Origin: Lama guanicoe | Lineage: Eukaryota | Length of the DNA: 64,000 bases | Direction: 5' to 3' | Assembly (NCBI GenBank): GCA_013239625.1 | Contig: MU053810.1 | Span: 2,677,518-2,741,517, forward strand | Part shown: positions 13,061 to 22,640 of the stretch, piece after piece | How the letters are laid out: each line of letters starts with the position of its first letter | Numbering within the stretch: the stretch's first letter is position 1 | Program-made: the position numbers and the translations under genes | The notes under the pieces: generated by a model | Seen by the model: the letters and a program-made list of their open reading frames with translations, nothing else | The model's database searches: none | Told to the model about the DNA's origin: nothing

Positions 13061-15269
13061 TAATACAGAGGCCATCCTAACCTCGTTAAGTTTCTACACC
13101 TCACTCTGAGTTGTTGCCGCTTCCCTGCATGGTTGCCCTTTTTGGGGAGAGGGGGGTTGACACCCAGCTTCAGTCCACCACTACCCCTTCTCCCCTCAAT
13201 AGCTGGTCTCCTCACCTTGCTCAGGTTCTGACACTTCACTCTGACACTACCTCCACCCTGACACTCTCATGGAAGCCAGCCCTCCTGGGAATCTGTCACT
13301 TGAATTTGACTGCCCACTCCTTCCCAATATGGATGCTACCATGATTCACCCAAGCTCATGAATTTAAGACTAAAGTATTCAAGAAGTAAGGGAGGGAGTA
13401 TAGAAGGAAGAATAAATTATTTAGGTATAAATCTTTTACACATTTAGAGTGAGTTTTAGAACATAGTGAGATATGTGTTTAACTTTTCTGCTCCCCCATG
13501 GTTTAGTCAACCTTTTCAACATTGTTACTGAATAATCTATATTTTGCACAGTGATTTGAAATACTATTTGAATCATTATTAAATTCTTGGGTATTAATGA
13601 CATCTTTTCTGTTCAGTTGATGGGTCTGTCTATTCTTATCCTGGTACCACACTGTTTTAAATTATTGTGGTTTTAAATACATCTTGGTAGATGGTAGAGC
13701 AAATATTGTCATGTATTTCTTTTTTCAGATGAACATTAGGACTAACAAAACACAAGTTTGATTTTACTGGTGCTATAGTAAAATATTATTTTGGGGAAGA
13801 ATTGATCTTTTTGCAATATTAAATCTCCTCTTCCAGAAACATGGTCTCTCTCCATCAAATTTGTTTTTTTGTTCCTTTTTATAGTTTTCCTTATATATGG
13901 TTGTTATATATGTTTCTAAGATTTTTATGGTTTTTGGCCTGTATAGTTAAGTTAACCGTAGAAACTCAATAGTATTCTGTTCATGAATATTCAGTGTGGT
14001 TAATAGGGGACATGTAATGCTGAAATGATAGGAGCAATTGGTAAGAGGATTGTTGAAATTTGGAAGGCATCAGTGCTTAATGGGTGGTAGTAAAGGATAA
14101 TTTAGAGATTATTTGTTAGTCTATTGGGAACTTACTATAGACCTTACCTGCCTTGTAGCAAGGATTGTGCTAGATGCTAGGAGTTCAAAGATGTGTAAAA
14201 TAATAGTTTTTCTCCATGTGACACTTTCAGTTAGACAGTCAAGTAAATAATAAAATTATAGTGTATTGAAAATAATACTAAGATGTATTATAAATTATAA
14301 TAAGCCTGAATGGATTATGATGGAACAAAATGAAAGAAGAGACTGTTTTTATCTGGAATTAAGTAGAGCACAGAAAGATATTATAAGATCTTTGCAGAAT
14401 AATAAGGAATTTGACCTGTGGAAAAAAGAATCAAGTAATTCTAGACAGAGAAAGTAACATAAACTAGGGTAATATGTGCAAAGGGGAGGTGGTAGGCAGT
14501 TCAGAGAATAAGTAATCCTGTGTGGCTTGAACATTGTGGGATTTAGGGGAAAAAAAGGAAAAATTTGTAGCATATTTGTATAGCGTATCCAGATTGCAGA
14601 GAATTCAGTGTTGACCTGTTGTTAAATTTTCCACGTCGTTAAATACATAGTGGCCAGTTTCTGTACCATTTGTGATAAGATTCTTGTTATCTCTTACATT
14701 TTCTTGTATCAGTTCCCCATTTCACTGACACACACATTTTGTTAATACACTTGAGCGGTATATGTTACCTTTAAGTTGTTACCGTTCAATAATTTTTAAG
14801 AAATTGGAAGACTGGGGCAACGTAAAGATTTTGGAACTTTTTTGGATGGGAGCTTGTGTTCGAGTCAAGGAAGCATTTAGTTTAAAAAGCTACAGTTTCC
14901 ACAGAGTGGTTGGCAGCTAATGTAGTTATCTTGGATTTATCCTTTGGAATAGTTTTTATTTATCGCGTGGCCATGAAGGAATGAGTGTTGGTGTAAGTAT
15001 AGGAAGGATCATAATAGACCAGCCAGACAAAACAAAAACAACATAAAACGTGATGTCATTGGATTTTAAAAGCTTAATGGTAGAGGAAAACTTAGAAATT
15101 GCTAGCCTAACTGCCCTTCTTTTTTTTTTTTCCTGAAGGAATTGTGGGGGATAGCTCTTAAGAAAAGTTTTAATTAATATATTTAGCACCTGGGTGAAAA
15201 TTTTTGAAAGTACTAAACATTATGATTTTTAGGATTCCTCTTAGTGCTATTTAAAAAGCCAGGTTTCAG

Positions 15270-15734
15270 TCTCCTCCCCAGACCCCACTGCCTGAGGGCG
15301 CTGGAGTCAGCAGCTGCAGCCAGGGCCCCTGAGCGCCCTGCGTGGTTCGTGGAGGGGGCCCCCTTTCTTGGAGGGGGCCGCTCCATTCCTCTCTCCTACA
15401 GACCCAGTACCCCTTCCTGGTAGTCAGTCCCGGCAGGGTGAGGTTCATGTGTTGGAATTTCCAGCGCCTGAGCACCGGCTGCACGGGGCACCAGGCAGGC
15501 TGGGGAGGTTTGAATCCAGACCTGCCGCCATGCGCTATGTGACCTTAGGTAAAATACTAACTCTCCCTCTCTGGACTTCCCACTGCCAGGCCTCAGAAAG
15601 AGAGCCTACTCCTTTCTCAAATTTAAGAATGTAGGCGAGTTGGGATAGCTGGCTTATGGTTTTCTTAAGAAGTTTATTAAATAAGGTTCATGTGAGCAAA
15701 AAAAAAAACCATAAAATAAAACAAGATAAAATTA
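15270..15734 (+). pseudogene. 5'-truncated retrocopy of a GC-rich transcript 3' end; parent not identified
   Basis: Abrupt GC-rich block; ATTAAA at 15676-15681; poly(A) from 15698; 15/17 TSD at 15253-15269 and 15735-15751; TT/AAAA site. Confidence 0.75.
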
Positions 15735-15750
15735 AAAAAACTAGGTTTCA

Positions 15751-15879
15751 GGGGAGTGTATAGCTTATTGGTGGAGCACGTGCCTAGCATGCACGAGGTC
15801 TTGGATTTAGTCCTCAGCACCTCAATATACGTACATACATAAAACCTACCCCCCCCCAATTAAAAAACAAAACAAAACC
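15751..15879 (+). mobile_element. tRNA-derived camelid SINE (Vic-1-like)
   Basis: ggggagtgtatagcttattggtggagcacgtgcctagcatgc; TSD AAAAACTAGGTTTCAG. Confidence 0.85.
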
Positions 15880-15919
15880 AAAAACTAGGTTTCAGACAGC
15901 AGAGCTAAACATTTCACAC

Positions 15920-16760
15920 GTCCATCCCTTCATCTAGCCATTATTTGTGGCATGTCCTAGTATATGTACCAGGCACTGTTGGAAGCATGAAGAAAAACAG
16001 AGCTCCTATATGGTAGGACAGACATACAAAATTCACGATTGTTGAAAAGGGTAGTATGTGCAGGGATTCCAGAATACAGAGAGCGTGAACCTAGTCTAAC
16101 AGGGCTGAAGAAAGAGAGGGAAGGTGTCTTAAAATAGGTTGCAGCTTCTCTGAATTTTAAAGAGTTAGGAAGGGAGGAGAAGAAGGGAGGACATGAGTGG
16201 GTATTCATTTTACAGACTGAAAGAGCAAAAGCTTTCAGGTGGGAAATAACAGGGAGGGTAAGCAGGGAGGGAAGCGGGGATGGCGGTGAGGGAGAAGGAC
16301 AGTATTGCTAGGACTTGGGGAGTGTGACGTGTGGAATGCTGAGAGAAGTTGTCAAGGACCAGATTTTCAGGGGCCTCACATAGCCTGTTAAGGAGCTTGC
16401 ACTTTATCACTATTGAGAGGTTTTTGTACTTGGTAGGGAGTTGCTCAGGTGTACCACTCTAGTGGATTGTGAAAGGAGGGTTGGGAGAGGGAGGAGAGAA
16501 GAGACTAGAGTAGTTGCATAGAAACCACTTAGGCTTTTGCAGTGTTCCAGGGAGGTAAAAGTGAGGGTCTGAAGTAGAAGAGTGCTAGGAATGAAGAAGG
16601 GACAGAGACATTTAGGTCACATGTAAGAGGTTCAGTTGACAGGGCTTGGTGACCAGTGAAGTGACCCAGAAGATGAGGGAGGAGGAAAAATCAGAATGGT
16701 TTTTCAGTTTCGAGAAGGTATGTTCTAGGCACATTATCTATCACCACCTGAGGTAGAGTA
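15920..16760 (-). mobile_element. LINE-2 fragment
   Basis: atgtaccaggcactgt start and a purine-rich body typical of antisense L2. Confidence 0.6.
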
Positions 16761-16991
16761 TATATAGAGGAATCAAGTTAATTGACACATTTCTTAGGAC
16801 AGTGACATTAACTTTTAAATTCTTGGTTTATGTTGGTGAGATTTACTTCCTTGTTTGTAAAACAAGTCTTTTGTCTACAAGTTGTTCACTAGCATATATT
16901 AACAATATGACAGTAGGCCCCAAGATACAATTCACATTTCTGCTAAAGCATTAAATGTTTGCTTTCATATTTATCTTAATACATGTTTTTT

Positions 16992-17158
16992 TATCTTTCA
17001 ATTTTATTAGGTAGAATTGTTACAATTTGACTGCACAAATATAGTATATTGCATGTAAATACATATATACAATATACTGCACATGTATTTTTTAGTTTAC
17101 ATATATGTACTGAGCATTGTTTCGAAGAACAGTTCAGATCTTTAGCTTTTAAAACTTA
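16992..17158 (-). mobile_element. Short 5'-truncated retroposon related to the 3' tail of the 35.7-kb element
   Basis: Perfect 17-bp TSD CTTAATACATGTTTTTT (16975-16991, 17159-17175); about 72/84 hand-aligned identity of 17076-17159 to 35740-35822. Confidence 0.8.
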
Positions 17159-20009
17159 CTTAATACATGTTTTTTGCTTGGCACTTTATCCTAATTACTC
17201 AAGTGAACACTTAAATTCGTATTTTCTTTTCTGGACAATTGAATCATTTGGAAAAGCAAAACAAACTTGCAAATGTATTTATAAAAAACCCCTTTTGCTC
17301 TTTTGGGGTACCTCAGCTGATTCTCTATTTAAAATTTCCCATTTGGCTTCTCTGTATTGTCTTTGCCTCCCTTCCCTCAATATATACATGCACACATTAT
17401 GTTGTATTTGGTATTCTTTTTTTCTCAGGGAATAGTAAATTATTTTTCATTGTATTCATTATGTGTGTTGTGCTTCTGTGTTCAGGTTCACTTCTGATTA
17501 CCTCCTTTCTCTCAACTCCAAGGCTCAGAGGCTGTTTATTAAATAGGGTTTACTAAGGACTATGGAAGAATGGCAGTGTAATTTCCTTCAGTGTTATTTC
17601 TTTGCTCTTCTTCCTTCAAAGGTGACGTTCCAAGCTAAACTTCTGGAAATGGCAGTACACAGTGGTTAACTTCAAACTGTTCATGGGATTAGACTCTAGT
17701 TTCACCAACATACAAATTGCCTGTATCAGTTTTTTTTATGTTCATTTGATGTCTTGGATACTCTAGATGATAGATATTTCTATTACCTTCTAAGTATAAT
17801 TGATTAAGAGATAAGATTTTATGAAAACCCACGCTTAAAGGGAGAGATCGCATTGCTAGGTAATACAGTATTAAGACAAAACAAGTCAGATTTGACAAAT
17901 TTAGTTTTTCCCTACAAGCAGTATTATAACAGGAGGATAGATTTGAGATCGGAGATTCATTCTAGACAGAAATTTTTATGAAGCTAGCCTAAGTACAAAT
18001 GGGGTTGGCTGAAGGCTAAAATATGCAGTTTATAGTATTTTAGTGTTTTATGATACTTTATTATGGTATTATAAAGGCATATAACATAAATGGGGAGTTG
18101 ACCTGGAACTAGAAAGTCAGAGACTGCATACTGTCCATTCCATCTTTGATGAGGGTCCTACAGCCTGTTTTATGTCTGTAGTCTCTTTCTGCTTCCATGT
18201 AATTTCTAATTCTGCTTCCCATTTTATCTGAGTTCCCCGTAGGTAACTGACTCAAGAGTCCCAGTTCTAAATTTCTAAAAGCAACTCTGGTCTAGGCACC
18301 TGGGCTTAGAAGCCATATTACCTAGAAAAACATGGATACTTGGATATAATTTCTTCATTAGAAATTAAGCTTAGAGGATACTTTCTACATAAGAGGTATG
18401 AGTTGTCTGGGTTCACTTCTTTACCTTCTTGTCCCATAAATGATCTATTTAAACAACTGTAAAAAAAAAAAGCTGATAAAGTGTTCTTGATGTACATATA
18501 GCAAATCAATTATATAAGCTTATTTTTTAATTTTCATGTTCTGTGCAAACTTGAGAATTTGTCCCTTTTTTGCAGTAAGTTAAAAGTGCATTTAGTAATT
18601 CACAAGGGAGTTTTGGGGCAACTTTTAAGAGGTGGCTTAAGGTCACTTGATGACTTCATGAGAAACAGATGCAGGGATGATTGTGTGCTGGGACTTCTTG
18701 TTTTCTCGTATAATACTAGCACATTGAATTATGGCATAAATTATTAGCTTACTCTATTTCAACTTGGAAACCATCTGAATAAAATTGAGAAAAGTGTGAG
18801 CTTTGTTATTTGATTTTAAAACAGTTAAGTCTTAGCAAAGTGCATCAGGTTGCCAGGGAGACGTACTTTAAAGGCACGTTAGATTTTTTTAAATCAGTGA
18901 AACCTTTTTTGGCTCATGAAGATTCTGAAAAAACCTGGGGAATCCTTCCCAGGATAATATACTCCCCTAGTAAGAGGTAACAAAATATTTTACATGTTCT
19001 CTCTGAAGAGTCCTGGGAATACCCCTTGATAGATCCTCAGGCCCTGTGCCTCCCAGTCATGATGAGGATTACCAAAATTTTATAGTACAGTAAATAATAG
19101 TTAAATAGTTTAATATTGTATGTGTTTAAATGTATAAATGTATTTTTAATATTTTGGCATATTTTTTAATCTGTGAGTAAGAAAAGAGTTATATTTATGC
19201 CAAATATACAGATTTTATTCCTGTCTCTTTACTTATTTTTGAGTGACTCTAACTGTAATGTTTCTACTGTAATTTGCTTGACCAGTCCCATATTAGTAAA
19301 CATTGAGGTTTATTCATATATTTTTGTTATGAATAAAAGGATGACAAGAATCTTGCTCCACTAAGCTTCCTGTGCACCCCTCCCCCCTGCTCCCATGTTT
19401 TGGACTTTTGCCTTTGGCTAGAAATCTAGAATTAGAATTACTGTGTCATAGATGATACCTTTATCTATAATTCTCTTAATATTGCCTCATGGTTTCCCAA
19501 ATTTATGTAGCTAATAATTTATGAAAAATGCCATTTTTACCACACCATTGCCTGTACTGAGTTTTTAATCATTTTTAATATTTATTAATTTGATAATTGA
19601 AAAATGATAGTAAATTTCTGTAATTTTCATTTGTTTGGTTAATTGTCAGGTAATCAGAGTGGTATTTCTTCATGTGAATTGTCTATAATTTTTGCCCGTT
19701 TATCTCAAACTACTAGGCTTTTTAGTTACAAGCTCATTCAATAATGATGCTAAATTTTTGCCTGTATATTCCACAGATATTTTTCCACTTTGCCTTTTAG
19801 TTTTGGCTGCTTAAAGAAAATACAGACACACAGTTACGCTTTATAAGAAAAGTTTTTTGGGGAGATGGCAGGAGGAGTTGTCAGCTATATAGGATGATTA
19901 AAAGGTTGAATCTTTCAAAAGCAATTAGGTTGTATAGTCATATACAGTGTTCCTTGGCTAGTAGATTTATCACCCTAAGATCTGCATCCATCCATGTGAT
20001 GTGTTCCCT

Positions 20010-20690
20010 TTGTCTCTGTGCTTTCCTGTAGCCATCTTATAAGAACAATGGTCATACTGAATTAGGGTCCCACCCCACCCCACTGTAACCTCATCTTAAC
20101 CGATCACCTCTGCAGTGGCTCCTTTTCCAAATAAGGCCACATTCTGAGCTACTAGGGGTTATTAGGATTTCACATACCTTTTTGATGGAGACACAGACTA
20201 ACACATAGTAGTCTGCCCTCTGCTCCTGTCCACTTCCAAATTCATATCTTAGCACATGCAAAATACTTTTATTCTGTCTCAGCATCCCTAAAGTCTTAAT
20301 CCATTCCAGCATCAACTCTTAAGTTCAAAATCTTATCTAACTATAATAATCTCAGAACTTCCAAATCCTGTCCTCTGAATCATGTAAATCAGGTATCGGT
20401 GAGGCTATGAGACTCTGGGTGTAGTCCATTCTGTGGCAAAATTTCTTTTCATCTGTGAATCTGTGCAATATAGAAAAGTAACTTGCTTCCTAGATACAAT
20501 GGTAGGACAGGTGTAGTATAGACTTCCTATTCCAAAAGGGAGAAATTGGAAGGAATAAAAGAGTAAGTGATATAAAGCAGGTTTGTAACTCAGCAGGAAA
20601 AATTCCATTAGGCTCTAAAGACCTGAGAATAATTCTCTGTGGCTTGATGATCTGCACCATGAACCCATTGGGGTAGCCCTGCCCCTTGGT
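20010..20690. mobile_element. MaLR (MLT1) LTR end plus internal sequence
   Basis: tcatactgaattagggtcccacc...ctcatcttaac...tttccaaataaggccacattctgag; ttccaaaagggagaaattggaagg. Confidence 0.65.
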
Positions 20691-22018
20691 CCTTCTCTAA
20701 TGATACTTTATATTTAGGTTGAAGGCTGGAGTTTTGAGTTTTTTGGTGCCACAGAGATTGATTTTTCTCTGCTCTTTCCTTTACCACGCTTTGGTCCGTC
20801 TGTTGTGCTTAATTGCTGTTGTTTGTTATTTGATGTTTTGGGCTTGGGATTTCTCTGTTGCATTGGTCCATCCTCAGTCCTTGGCAGGTGCTGTATATCT
20901 GGGCTTCAGGATTTCACCACTTCATTCCCTTGTCCCTTTGGCAGACTTTGCTTTTGCATCTGTGGAAGGAGTTGTGAGGGAGACAGCTTCCTGCCTCTCC
21001 CCAAGTGCTAAAAGACCTCTGATAGTATTGTTATCGGATCCTGGGGTTGGGAGTTTTTCCTGCCCCTCACTTAGGGGTGAAAGATTTTTTTCCCTTTGTC
21101 CTCCTCACCATCACGGGTCTTTACTCGTGCCTGGTGTGACAGGGTTTGCTGCTAATCTTCCAGATGCTCAAGGCTTTTGAAAGGAGTGTCTGGGCAAGAG
21201 GTAGGATTTCATATCTTTCCCTCAGTGATGTTTGGTTGTCTTCTTCATGCCTGCATCACAAGGGAGATTCTTTCTGGTTGTTTTATCTCCTTGCTTCCAA
21301 TCTTCCCCAAGAGCTCCTTGTAAGTAAGTGTTCACAGAGTGGAGCCTGTGAGTGGGTGTGACCTCTTATGTCTGTGGTTCTAGTGGCTCTGTACTATTGC
21401 AGTAGTCCACAGTCAGCCTTTAGCAGTGTGTTAACATTTTAGTCAATTTCTTACCTGCATGTCTTCCTCTGCATATTCTTCCCTTAACTCTTCTGTCATT
21501 AGTAGATAGTCTGAGTGTATTTTGCTTTTTAGGGGTCTGTGGGGGAGAGCATGTCTGCCCTTAGATTTCAGTTTATTTGGTTGCCTTTGCAAATGCAAGT
21601 CTTCCATAGTTTTAAGAAGAGTTGTGATTTTTATAGTTTAAATGACTTTCTGGTTAGGTTTGGAGTGATGTTCTTTTAGGTATGGTTGGAATTTGATCTC
21701 TAGATCCTCTTGATAGGAACACTGTTTCTTTTATTTAAAAAATTAGGTCAAACTATCACTTTTTTTCTCTTAAAGTGAAAACTTTCAGGCTATAAATTTG
21801 CTTCTGAGCATAGCTTTATTCACATACTTGGCATTTTAGTTTGATGTGGTTTTGTTTTTTTGGGGAGCATTTTCTCATCCTCAAGTTAATGAGATTTTTA
21901 AAATTATCCCTTTTTTTCCTACTTTGATTCACGTGTCTTGGGAGCTCTTTTTATGCTTATAATTGTTATATCTTCCTGATGGACTGGCCTTTTTATTATA
22001 AGATTCTGTCCCTCTTTT

Positions 22019-22089
22019 ACACACTGATCGCCGTGTCCCCCGAAGTGTTTCCTCAGGAGCATCCAATCCACAGCGGGCAATCAGCGTGT
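22019..22089. repeat. 71-bp CpG-containing element with terminal inverted repeats (MITE-like hairpin, family not recognised)
   Basis: ACACACTGATCGCC (22019-22032) vs the reverse complement of GGCAATCAGCGTGT (22076-22089): 12/14 match. Confidence 0.6.
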
Positions 22090-22103
22090 TAAAAATGTTT
22101 TTG

Positions 22104-22218
22104 CTGTGCTCTTTTCCTCGTAGGGTCCAGGGTGCATTGGCTGCAAACAGCATTCTCCTTGGTAGTGTATGCAGCCTGTTACCTGTATGGATTGCCCTAA
22201 GGGGCCTTGAAGACAGCC
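22104..22218 (+). ncRNA. SNORA70: SNORA70 (U70) H/ACA snoRNA retrocopy, 5'-truncated
   Basis: ttcctcgtagggtccagggtgcattggctgcaaacagcattctccttggtagtgtatgcagcctgtt...aaggggccttgaagacagcc resembles SNORA70 throughout; H box ACAGCA at 22147-22152; ACA at 22213-22215; lies directly upstream of an RPL10 acceptor, as in the native host gene. Confidence 0.88.
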
Positions 22219-22262
22219 CTTTCCAGTGGACATTCATGTCTGGCATACTGTCCCCAACCTAG

Positions 22263-22640
22263 GCTCTAGACAGGTGTGCGTGGTGCCTTAGGAAAACTCC
22301 AGGGCATGGCTAGGTCCACATTAGCCAGGTCATCATGTCCATCTGCACCAAGATGTAGAATAAGGAGCATGTGATTGAGGCCCTATGCAGGGCCAAATTC
22401 ATGTTCCCTGGCCACCAGAAGATCCACACCTTGAGGAAGTGGGGATTTACCAAGTTTAATGCAGATGAATTTGAAAACATGGTGGGAGAAAGGCGGCTCA
22501 TCTCTGATGGCTGTGGGGTCAAATATATCCATAATTGTGGCCCTCTGGACACATGGTGGGCCTGTGCGCAGGAGAGCCTTGGCTCTGTCCCCTCCTTACT
22601 CACGCCCACCAGCAAATCCTACTTTCCTGTCAGAAAAAAG
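22263..22640 (+). pseudogene. RPL10: RPL10 retro-pseudogene fragment (last two exons spliced, 3'UTR, poly(A))
   Basis: Translates RL*TGVRGALGK...[53 protein letters not shown], matching the RPL10 C-terminus; stops at 22267-22269 and 22356-22358; A-rich tail at 22632-22640. Confidence 0.95.

Noticed and set aside
15270..15560. GC-rich block as an internal promoter or CpG island
   Set aside because: Better explained as a retrocopy because of the TSD, ATTAAA and poly(A)
17076..17159. Unique MLLT10 intron sequence as the donor of the 35.7-kb element's tail
   Set aside because: The 17-kb segment has its own perfect TSD, so it is itself an insertion
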